Under the pieces are notes generated by a model. The model did no database searches, was not told the DNA's origin, and saw nothing but the letters and a program-made list of their open reading frames with translations. 64,000 nt of DNA, taken from contig NC_043005.1 of the NCBI RefSeq assembly GCF_006345805.1, positions 36,022,001 to 36,086,000 of the forward strand. Direction: 5' to 3'. Origin of the DNA: Octopus sinensis (taxonomy: Eukaryota). Both the position numbers and the translations under genes were made by a program. Of this stretch, positions 11,830-22,537 are shown piece by piece (the stretch's first letter is position 1; the number at the start of each line of letters is the position of its first letter).

Positions 11830-13477
11830 TGCCGTTGAAAGAAATGGAGGATACCATACAGAAGTTTAGGCACAGTAGAAATTAGGAGGGGGCATCTTCC
11901 AAGGGCACTGTCTGTCCCCACTGATCTTTGTACTGTGCTCTTGATACAACTAACACTGATTCTGAAGAAAGCAAGAGCTGGGTATGTATTCAAAAGCCAC
12001 CAACAAAAAGTCAACCATTTGTTATTCATGGATGGCCTCAAACTTTATGTTAAAGATGAATCCCAAGTCAGTTCCCTCGTTGATACGGAGTATACCTTCA
12101 GTGCTGATATCAGAATGGAGTTCGGACTGAGAAAGTGTGGTGTGTTAGTCTCGAAGAGAGGCAAAATCAAATGTATGGACGGGCTATCGATACCGTCGGG
12201 GAGGTTATCAAACAGATAGAAGAGACGGGCTATAAGTACTTGCGAATATTGGAAATGGATAAATTGATGGAGATAGAAATAACAGAAAAATTAAGGTGGA
12301 ATACTTGTGCAGACTGAGACTGATCTGTAAGTCGAAATTAAACAGATGGAATAAGATTGAAGCTATCAACACCTGGGTGGTTTCACTCCTTAGATATGGC
12401 GCAGGGGTAATCGCATGACCAGCAGACTAACTAAACAGCTTAGACAGAAGGACGAGGAAGTTGTTAACTAGATATGGGATATTCCACCCCAAAAGTAACA
12501 CAGACAGACTGTATGTACCAAGAAAAAGAGGAGGAAGAGGTCTTATTGGATGCGAGCACAGCATTAGAGCAGAAGAAATCAACATAGCATGGTATGTGAA
12601 AAATGCCACAGAACCGCTATTATTAAAAGTAAGAACTATCGGGCCTGTGTAGGATGAATGATTGCAAAGATAAAGCACTATACAAGCAATTGAAAACGAA
12701 TGAAACTGAAAATAGGTGGGTAAAGAAAAGAATACATGGAAAATGTCATAGAGATGTTGAAGATAAGACAGACAGAGAAAAAGATGACTGTGGATGACTA
12801 CAAGTGATTTAAAACTGGAAACGGAGGCTCTAATCTGTGCTGCACAAGAGCAAGCACTAAGAACAAACTACATAAAATTCAGAATAGACAACACATCAGA
12901 AAGTGATAAGTGCAGAATCTGTGGAAAAAAATGGGGAAACCGTATGGCATATTACCAGCCAATGTACGCCACTAGCCCAGAAGGAATATAAGAGACTCCA
13001 CGACAAGGCTTGTCCATTGGACACTTTGCAACAAGTATGGACTTGATAGAGCAAAACATTGGTATTACCACAAACCCGAAGGCATCATCGAAAATGATAA
13101 TGCAAAGATCTTGTGGGATTTTATGATCCAGTGCAACCATGAGGTAGAGAATAGGAAACCAGACATACTCTTAATTGAGAAAGAAAGCAAACTATCCTGG
13201 ATCATAGATATACCATCTATGCAGCTGTGGTCGATGAAAAAGGTGGTTGTAGTACCAATAATTGTTGGATCCCTGGGAACAGTGAGTAAAATCTTGAGAA
13301 GTACATGGAACAAATAGAGGCTGCCATAAGACGGGAGCACTTGCAGAAAACAGTACTGCTTGGAACCGCTAGAATACTCCGGAAGGTGCTCGAAAAATAA
13401 CAGGTGCTACCTTAGTTCACTGGTAGTGAACAGCTGACACCGTAGTACATCTCCAGCATTAGAAGCTATGCAGAGGC
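11830..13477 (+). mobile_element. 5'-truncated decayed R4/Dong-type LINE
   Basis: RRGIFQG..LSPL, VNHLLFMDGLKLY, LYVPRKRGGRGL, CRICG, NRKPDILLI, VVPIIVGSLG; ends in (TAA)n. Confidence 0.9.
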
Positions 13478-13547
<70 letters not shown>

Positions 13548-13672
13548 CATCCTACGCAGAACACTTTCCATACAATAACCATCAGAGCATCACAACAAAT
13601 CACAGCACATACCCAAGGCACACAGAGCTGCGCTCGGTAGTGAAGTGAAAGCACGCTATAAAAATAAAACTA

Positions 13673-13740
<68 letters not shown>
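13478..13740 (+). repeat. (TAA)n tracts interrupted by a ~130 bp element (13546-13676) ending in CTGAA(TAA)n
   Basis: Direct reading. Confidence 0.8.
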
Positions 13741-13741
<1 letters not shown>

Positions 13742-14278
13742 CCAGGCAGTGGCTCTCATGGCTTCTGATCTTAACTGATTGGAAGTGTTATCATGTACAT
13801 TGTTTTGTCTTGGTATAAAAGATGGGCTACAGCAAATATTCTGCTCAATACCACAGATTTGCTTGTCAGTTGTTTGACCTTAACCAGTTGAGCATGTCCC
13901 TTAGTGGCTGACGATATGTGCATCTCTGATCACGAGCAGAAGTAGTGGGGGAGCATCATAGCCATGTGTTGAGAAGGATTCTTTGGGGTTTGAATAATTC
14001 ACCTCTGGAAACATGGGTGTTTCGTTCAACGTCCTTAAACAACCCTTATTCAGGGACCTTTTGAGCGGGATGGGTTACTCGATCTGAAGAAAATTCTAAC
14101 TGGGCTCCACCTGCAAGGTCATGTGCTGTTTATCTTGATATGAGATCACCATGTCGCGCACATATGGTTGTGATGCATGTGCCTGGTGTACCCTTATCAG
14201 ACGGGTAGTCATGATGGGTATACTGGGCTTCGTATATTTTACCCCAGTGTCACTTTGATGGCATGCTCTGCTCGCTCA

Positions 14279-14282
<4 letters not shown>
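13741..14282 (+). mobile_element. ~540 bp non-coding interspersed repeat, copy 2
   Basis: Colinear with 794-1330; ends CTCACTGAA(TAA)n. Confidence 0.8.
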
Positions 14283-14347
<65 letters not shown>

Positions 14348-14432
14348 AAGAAGAAGAAGAAGAAGAAGAAGAAGAAGAAGAAGAAGAAGAAGAAGAAGAA
14401 GAAGAAGAAGAAGAAGAAGAAGAAGAAGAAGA
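14283..14432 (+). repeat. (TAA)n-(GAA)n compound microsatellite
   Basis: Direct reading. Confidence 0.95.
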
Positions 14433-16250
14433 AAAAGAAGTTGAAGAAAATACTGAAGGTTAACAAATGCTTCTTGAATATGCTGTAACAGTGCTAATTT
14501 TTGGAACATAGTGTATCATTTGAGATAATTTGTAGATGCGTTCACAGCAATAATTGCGTAGATTTCAGATTGTTCCATTTAAATATTATGAGATAATAGA
14601 TACATCCCTCAACTGCCGAAAATTCAGCAGTTAGAACAGTGTAATTAGCCAACATTCATTTAAACATTGCTATGTCTATAATTAATACGTTTTTGTAATT
14701 TTTGTGATGAGGAATTGTGTCATAGTCATCATATGGTATCTGATGATCTGTATGTTGATGAATGGAGACATGATATTTTCTCACAGTCCCTTTTTTAGAG
14801 ACGGGTGGGTGTGTGGGTTAACATAAATATCCGGAACGTTTTTCAAGCAATTGAATTTTGTTGGTTAAAGTAAATTGAACTATTTTTGCTATATTTTGCC
14901 GGAACTAGTGGAGGTCCTCTTGACACGATGTTGGTCATTGTTATAGGATATACTTCCCATAGGCAATATTTTGCCAGCTACTGTATTTATCGGCGTATAT
15001 GACGCATACTTAAAATAGATTTCTCGTATCACACAATCTACAGCACTTTCTCACACGAATCTAAATATGTCATAAGACCAAATTCTATAGATGGGACTAC
15101 AAGTGTGTCGTTTCCACAGAAAGTGTTGCTACTGAGATAAATTTTAAACATACATTTTGTTTTTGCTCTGTCAAAACATCCATTTTTCATTCTCATTGCG
15201 ACATTTTTCATACACAGTGATTAACCTCATATATATCCAAATATTTGTAGAAAACGGAGAAGTTTTCAGTTCCTGTTACAGTGACATAGCTAGAGTGTGC
15301 GTCACAGACCAGGGCAGCCCATGAATTTGTCGCTATCCCCGGGGCACCCACGCCTATATAGGTTTAAACAGCAGACCCGAAGTGCCCCACCCTCTTCATA
15401 AAAAGCATCGTCCAGGTTGGAACTCCCCCCCCCCACCTCACTAGCAATCTTAATGTCCTGTTTTATCTTCCCTCTCTAGAGTTATTTGCTCCACAAGTCC
15501 GTTTGCACCGTTTTGCTATTTTCTTCCATTTCTCTACTCCAAATCATATTTTGATGTCCCTGCTAAATGTGTGACAATAACAACTAGTCTGTCAAAATGG
15601 GGTTCACAAACAGTAAGGGGATGATGAATAAGCCTGATTCTCTTTCTCCCTATCTAGTGCCGCAAACTGGCTCCCTCTTTTTCTATGAACCAATAATCAA
15701 GCAGAAAACTAATTTTTGAAATGGAGATTCCTTTGAGGTTGTACATTCGAGTTATGTTTCTGTTGGGGGCATTACGAATTATTTACCACTTCTCCATAAT
15801 GTTAGAAATCTGATGTACTTCAAGTATTTAGATGATATCCGTTTTGGAGGGTCAAACCAAAAACCTTATAGTTTGTACAGGCATACAACCGGCTCGGATT
15901 TGTACTTTGACATCATACAATAAAATCCTTGATAACAAGGAGTGAGTCCTTTTTTTTGTTGTGTGTAGAGGTCATCGTTCTATAAGAGAGATCTGGTAGC
16001 CTAGCAACTAGATAACGTATAATGACCGCAATACGTGTGTATGCGTGCGCGTGTGTGTACGTGTACGTGCGCGAGTGCGTATTCACACACGCACACATAT
16101 ATATACATACATATATATATATAAATTCATAAATGAGGGTGAAAAATTAGATATTAATTAAATAATACCACCTATACCAGAAAAAGGAGCTATTTTTAGC
16201 ACTAGAGTTAACCACTTAGCGGTAACTCTCTTATATTTAAGTATACATAC

Positions 16251-16327
<77 letters not shown>

Positions 16328-16388
16328 ATATATTTAGTGAAGGGAAGAAATGGAGCTGAACGAAGATTCTACAGAATTCCTTTTATTA

Positions 16389-16472
16389 TTTTCTACACAT
16401 GTTTCAAAGGCCGCAAATTTCCAAATTCGGACTGAATAAGGAGACCATTTTGCAGCTTTCTCTTCAGGAAAA
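16389..16472 (-). ncRNA. Type I hammerhead ribozyme motif with long stem II
   Basis: UUUUC-CUGAAGA-GAAAGCUGCAAA...UUUGCGGCCUUU-GAAA-CAUGUGUA-GAAAA. Confidence 0.75.
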
Positions 16473-16902
16473 TCCAGGAATTTAAAACTCCAAAACAAAT
16501 GCGCAGCAAGGTATTCGAACAAAACGCTCCTTAGGAGCCCATGAAATAGCACAAAACTGTCTCTCAATTTGCGTTGACGTCAGGGGGGGTGTGGTGGAGG
16601 CCGACAAAAAAGTCCGTTGGAATAAATCAGGTCAAACTGCGGTCAAACCTGGTAGTGGAAGAAATACTGAAAACCAAAGGGTGTGAATATATTCTGTATA
16701 ACTAATGTTAATGTTCTGAATGTTTTAAGAATTAAGGCTGTCTTATTTAAGGTGTGAGAACCTGCCTACATGTATGTGTGTGCGCTCCTGTGTATGTGTG
16801 GGAATATGTCAGGCAGCTGCTAGAGGGAAAGAGAACTGTTGATTTTGTTGGTCAAGCAGCTGATAAGAGTCTGTGTCTGTGTGTTCGTCTGTGGCCAGCT
16901 TG

Positions 16903-17610
16903 TATACAGATGACTTATCAAACCAAGGGGAATATAATCCCTGATATTGCTTCTAAAAAGAATTTTGCAAAATCCCGTTAACTAGGCGCCCTCGGGCGAA
17001 TAAAATGTGAAAAAGCTCAGAGCTGCAGAGATTACATATTCTTTTGCCTCTATCAAACGGTAGAGACACCGATAAAATCGACCATTCCAGTCTAAATGCT
17101 GAATTCGCGTTCTTCAAACGCTAGATCAATTTACTAAGTATACAGATGACTTATCAAACAAAGGGGAATATAATCCCTGATATTGCTTCTAAAAAGAATT
17201 TTGCAAAATCCCGTTAACTAGGCGCCCTCGGGCGAATAAAATGTGAAAAAGCTCAGAGCTGCAGAGATTACATATTCTTTTGCCTCTATCAAACGGTAGA
17301 GACACCGATAAAATCGACCATTCCAGTCTAAATGCTGAATTCGCGTTCTTCAAACGCTAGATCAATTTACTAAGTATACAGATGACTTATCAAACAAAGG
17401 GGAATATAATCCCTGATATTGCTTCTAAAAAGAATTTTGCAAAATCCCGTTAACTAGGCGCCCTCGGGCGAATAAAATGTGAAAAAGCTCAGAGCTGCAG
17501 AGATTACATATTCTTTTGCCTCTATCAAACGGTAGAGACACCGATAAAATCGACCATTCCAGTCTAAATGCTGAATTCGCGTTCTTCAAACGCCAGATCA
17601 ATTTACTAAG
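16903..17610. repeat. Three near-identical tandem copies of a 236 bp unit
   Basis: Units start at 16903, 17139 and 17375 (TATACAGATGACTTATC...ATTTACTAAG). Confidence 0.95.
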
Positions 17611-18759
17611 TCCTGTCGCGTGATGTTTCCTAAAATCGCGAAATGTTGTGAAGTGGTTCGATATTCTCACGGCCAATTTTGATGATGACGCTCCGATATA
17701 CGAGTAGACATCCGATTCAGTGTAAACTCTGCATTGGTAAATGGCATTTCTAATCTTGGAATTACTAGATAAGAACCTTATTCTATTGGGATTTGCTTCC
17801 GATATTAATACGGCGTTCTTATTACTATAATGATTGTGAGAACTGCGGCTGTCTTCGACATTATACACCCCATTATCAATACTATTTAATGGAATAACAC
17901 CTGTGTATTCCCTGTCACTGAGATCGCTGTGATCGCTAATGTCCGTGATCCTACTGTGGTCTAAACCGCTGCTAAAGGTGTTATTAGGACTCTCAACATT
18001 AATGACTCGGACAGTGCTCTCATCCCTATTACCATTACTAACGTTAGTGTCGTCAACATTGCTCCTATCCTTATTCCTATTATTAACTCCATGGCTGGTA
18101 TGGAGATTGCTAATCTCTGTGCCGGTTCTATTATCACTATTACTATTATTATTACTGTGCGTTATTCTGGCATTATACGGAGCTGCGTCTCCGGACGAGG
18201 GTGATAGGGTCTTATTTAGCAGCTTATTGTTATGGGAGGAAATTATCTGGGAGAGATTTTTTGTGTTTGAGAAGGCTATCCTAACTTTGTGTGAGTTAAC
18301 AGTGGCGTAATATCTGGAATTTCTGGGAAAATTACTGGCAATGGCTTGGCGAAACTGCAGGGGTAGATTAGATCTTATTTGTTTACCAAAGGGAATTACA
18401 AACCAAATATATTTATTCCTGTTTTTGTAATGGGTCGAGGAGTCAACTCTGACTTTAAGGTGGGTATTTCTAGGCTGAATAATAGGTTTTGGCTTACTAT
18501 GGCCTCCTCTGGACCGCAAATTATTTATGTTACCTAAATTTATTCTAGATGTATCTGTTCCGACATTCCTCAGGCTATCATCACTACTTAAATTATTTAT
18601 GTTATTGTAGCCGGCCCTATCCCGATGACAGAATGCTGGCATCGGAAGGGCCGGATCTATATATACTACCTTCTCCCTATAACCGGCTTTAGACAGGGCG
18701 GCATTATAAAATTCCGCTTTCTGCCTAAAAATGTCGAAATTTTGAATAATCCTTAACAA
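17425..18759 (-). CDS. PLE polyprotein C-terminal part (RT thumb, linker, GIY-YIG endonuclease); 5' end missing
   Basis: FYNAALSKAGY; IWFVIPF...NSHKVRIAFS..NLSQIISSHNNKLL; AIYQCRV...SYIGAS...RISNHFTTF...TGLSKLIWRLK...CNLCSSE. Confidence 0.85.
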   Translation of the reverse strand: MLRIIQNFDIFRQKAEFYNAALSKAGYREKVVYIDPALPMPAFCHRDRAGYNNINNLSSDDSLRNVGTDTSRINLGNINNLRSRGGHSKPKPIIQPRNTHLKVRVDSSTHYKNRNKYIWFVIPFGKQIRSNLPLQFRQAIASNFPRNSRYYATVNSHKVRIAFSNTKNLSQIISSHNNKLLNKTLSPSSGDAAPYNARITHSNNNSNSDNRTGTEISNLHTSHGVNNRNKDRSNVDDTNVSNGNRDESTVRVINVESPNNTFSSGLDHSRITDISDHSDLSDREYTGVIPLNSIDNGVYNVEDSRSSHNHYSNKNAVLISEANPNRIRFLSSNSKIRNAIYQCRVYTESDVYSYIGASSSKLAVRISNHFTTFRDFRKHHATGLSKLIWRLKNANSAFRLEWSILSVSLPFDRGKRICNLCSSELFHILFARGRLVNGILQNSF

Positions 18760-19320
18760 GATAATTCATTTATCCATTTCAATAATATATATATATACAT
18801 ACTCCCCCCCCACACACACACATATACACATACACTTGGAGAGAGGGTGAGAAAGATCTTCCAAAACAGCTGAGTCCAACATACTTAACAGGAAAAGAAG
18901 ACTAGTTTATATTTATTATGGATCATAGAGACTAGAACTCTTGAAATGCCCATCGTTTGACCATGTGTGGGGAGGAGGTCGAGAAAGAAAGTGTGGGTAT
19001 GTGTGAGAGAGAGAAAAAGAAAAAAGAGAAAGAGAAAGAGACAAAAAGACAGATGCACTTGCTTTTGTAACAAAGTGCTGCCATACTGCATTTCTTTTCA
19101 TTCAAATGGATAGGAAGGTGTATTTTATTTTTGCTGTTGCTATATGCCATAATCTTCTAATGCTGGAATTGATGCTGCCTTTAATATTCATCTCTCTCAG
19201 AAAAAGCTGTGAAGTACTGTCTGCACCTTTCAGTTAATCACTTGTGAGTTTTGCACCCATGGATTTTACTTGCCTATCTAGGTTGAATCAATACTAAGGG
19301 CCCCTCAAGGTTCGGAATAC

Positions 19321-19674
19321 ACATTAGAACAAGGCCATCATTTTACCATCAGAACAAACTTCACCTGTGCATCGGAAAAGTTAATTTACATGATAACATG
19401 TGCAGGGTGCAATAGGCAATATATTGGCCATACAAAAAACAGCCTACGAAAAAGGATGGCAGTACATAAATACCAAATTATGAAACCTGAATACAGGAAA
19501 ATACCTGTCAGCGGCCACATAGACAGATGTGTATCAAATAAAAATCCCAAATTCACAACTTTCCCACTTTACCAATTCAGTAACAACGTAACTTTCACTC
19601 AACGTCATAACAAAGAACTCCATTTCATTAGAAAATTCGGACCACGTCTAAACACCCTGAGCCAGGAACATTAA
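19321..19674 (+). mobile_element. Second PLE fragment: GIY-YIG endonuclease with CxxC between the GIY and YIG motifs
   Basis: FTIRTNFTCASEKLIYMITCAGCNRQYIGHTKNSLRKRMAVHKYQI...ELHFIRKFGPRLN. Confidence 0.85.
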
Positions 19675-19724
19675 AACCATATATTGGTTTTCCAAAAAGA
19701 AAAAAGGAATTCTACAACTCCAAC

Positions 19725-19742
19725 TACCACTACCACCACGAT

Positions 19743-19789
<47 letters not shown>

Positions 19790-19990
19790 TAGCCAATGAA
19801 CTACTGCTACAACTCCAACCACCATGGCCACGAGTACTACTACGACCAACAGTCTCTTCCACTGCTGCTGCTAACGGTCACTTCCACTGCTGCTACTGCT
19901 ACAGCCAATTAACTGCTGCTACAACTCCAACCACCACCACCACAGTCACTACTATTAGTACGACCAACGGTCTCTGCTACTACTGCCATT
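19725..19990 (+). repeat. (CTA/CCA/CTG)n degenerate trinucleotide repeats
   Basis: Direct reading. Confidence 0.85.
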
Positions 19991-20297
19991 ACGGCCAACG
20001 GTCATTTTCACGATTACAGCCAACGAATCTCGTCAACGCACAAGACAGCCATTATGCTCCCTCCCCCTCCCCCTACAAAACACCACCACGTGGACTCTGT
20101 TGAGACTAGTAAGAAACAATTATGAACTTTTTTATTTCACTTAACTTTTAAAAATATTTTTGATAGGGTTCGTTTTTGTAAGAAGAACCGAAACATGTAA
20201 AATCTCTAAGAAAATTTAAAGTTATCTTATATAGTGGCGTTTTCAAACTTCTTTTTTATAAATATATACTCACTCGTATGTCACCTACTCTTTTTAT

Positions 20298-20330
<33 letters not shown>

Positions 20331-20398
20331 GTAGGTCCCGGGTTGAGTCGGGGTTAACCACAGTACATAAGGTACTCAATACATAGCAGAGTAAATTA

Positions 20399-20550
20399 AT
20401 TTATTTTATAGAAGGAGCTTCTACAGGACTAGAACTGTTTCATTCAAAAGAAATCATCAGGAAGCTAGTCAGGAAGCTGACTAGCTTCCTGATGATTTCT
20501 TTTGAATGAAACAGTTCTAGTCCTGTAGAAGCTCCTTCTATAAGATAAAT
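20399..20550. ncRNA. Near-perfect palindrome (73 bp arms) carrying two outward-reading hammerhead motifs (20416-20466 minus, 20483-20533 plus)
   Basis: AGCUUC-CUGAUGA-UUUC(UUUU)GAAU-GAAA-CAG(UUCUAGUC)CUGUA-GAAGCU on both strands. Confidence 0.8.
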
Positions 20551-20559
20551 ATATATATA

Positions 20560-20615
<56 letters not shown>

Positions 20616-21011
20616 AGGTGCTTTCTTGTCTCCAGAAAAAGAAAGAATAAGCTATTTTGTCATTGATACCATATTAATTCTTGGGAATTATTGATTGCCT
20701 GGGATTATCTCACTTTCCCATTCAGAGTCAGTTGTAATTGCCACTGGGTATTTGTTTACTTTTCTCTCAAAAGAAACGAGATTTCAATAAATCAAAAATT
20801 TATCTTCTATGGTATCTAGTATATCTTTCTGCATTGCTGTTATCCAAATTCATGCCATTGACTACCTTAAGTTATTTCCCTTTGCAGCTACTTTTGGTTT
20901 CCTTTCCTCCTCCCTCCCGCCTTCCTACTCATTTCTCTTTCTGTCTCTCTCTTGATCTCCAAACACACACACACACACACACACACAGACACACATATAT
21001 GTTTGTGTATT

Positions 21012-21048
<37 letters not shown>

Positions 21049-21604
21049 TTGTATATACATGCACATACATATATATGTATATGTACATGTATGTGTATAT
21101 GAAAGAAATATGTATACACACACCCACACATGAACACACACACACGCACACACACACACACACATATACATGTATGTATATGTGTGTGTTGTGTGTATGA
21201 GAGAAAAGAGAGATAGAGAAGAGAGAGATAGAGAAGAGAGAGAAGGAGATGGAGCGTGAAAGAGAGAGAGAGAAATAATTCTGCCAACAATTATTTAATA
21301 TTTCTCCACATGTTCATGCTTTTTCTTTGCTGTATCACTATTCATCCACCCACACAGACATCACGAACATTAACCACACACACACACACACACACACACA
21401 ACACAACACACACACAACACACATACACACACTGTAACGTACTTTTCTATAAAAATTTATGTCGTGCTACCTAACAATAAATATATCGCAGGATTTTATC
21501 AAGAGACAACCAGGCTTGGTTCAGTTAATTCCATCTTTCATGAGTGAAGTGAATTACTGTGATCTATGATGCATATGCTCACCCACACACTGACACCCAT
21601 ACAA

Positions 21605-21646
<42 letters not shown>

Positions 21647-22223
21647 GTACATACATAAATACACACATATAAACATACATATATACACATACATATATAC
21701 ACATACATAGATATGTATATATATATACACAATACATATATACACATGCATAGATGTGTATATACATACATAAACATATTGATACTTACATACATAACAT
21801 ACATGCACACATACATGGCATACATACATACATACATACATACATACATACATACATACATACATACATTCATACATACATACATACATACATACATACA
21901 TACACACTCATACATACATACATACATACATACATACATACATACATACATACATACATACATACATACATACATACATAATACATACATGCATGCACAC
22001 ACAACACAGTGTGATACAATAACCACACAGGTAATGTTGTCAGTAACTTTTCTATTGATAAAGCGTACAAAAGCAATTACTGAGGTGCTCAAAATCCCGA
22101 TCACTGCTTGATTAAAGGTAATATAATATAGTTTATACATTCTTTTTCAAACTCCCAAACCACTAAAATGTAATTTGGTAAAAGGTTTTTTGGCGTGGTT
22201 AACAACAACCTACACATGGGATA

Positions 22224-22267
<44 letters not shown>

Positions 22268-22289
22268 CACATACGTACATACATACATA

Positions 22290-22470
22290 CAATCAAAAGT
22301 CTAGGAAAAAGAGAACATTTATGGTGAATCAATGTAGAACTTACAGCTCTTGTACCCTGACTATGAATTCTCATTTGTGCCTCTCATCATCAGGGCAGTA
22401 GGCTATGTACCGACAAATTTCCAAACACTGGGAACTCTCTTAATTCCAAAAGTCTTTTCGCTTTGTTAGC
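22290..22470 (+). mobile_element. RLE-type LINE 3' fragment of a different family
   Basis: KENIYGESM*NLQLLYPDYEFSFVPLIIRAVGYVP matches the RLE C-terminal P-I-I-I-G-A-L-G region. Confidence 0.55.
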
Positions 22471-22537
22471 TACTGGTTTGAACTCTCTCAAGAAGAATTT
22501 AAATAAAACTCAAAGAAAACCATCATTTATGTTCATG

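Larger units (their letters stand above)
16336..18780 (-). mobile_element. 5'-truncated Penelope-like retroelement (probably Naiad-type) with tandemly repeated 3' ORF end and a 3' hammerhead
   Basis: 444-codon ORF with PLE thumb/linker and GIY-YIG motifs; hammerhead at 16389-16472; (TA)n at both ends. Confidence 0.8.

Noticed and set aside
14177-14488. Poly-N/poly-K ORF
   Set aside because: (TAA)n-(GAA)n microsatellite.
16903-17610. Tandem repeats as a CRISPR-like array
   Set aside because: Eukaryotic context, no spacers, and the units are copies of a PLE ORF end.
17939-18310. Hydrophobic 123 aa plus-strand ORF
   Set aside because: Antisense shadow of the Asn/Ser-rich PLE insertion.
18766-18768. 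In-frame TGA just upstream of the PLE ORF as selenocysteine (reported for some Naiads)
   Set aside because: Only four codons precede it before the (TA)n truncation, the position is not an evident conserved Cys, and I identified no SECIS.
22340-22480. Minus-strand exon with GTAAGT donor
   Set aside because: All minus frames have stops; the plus strand explains it as an RLE LINE fragment.
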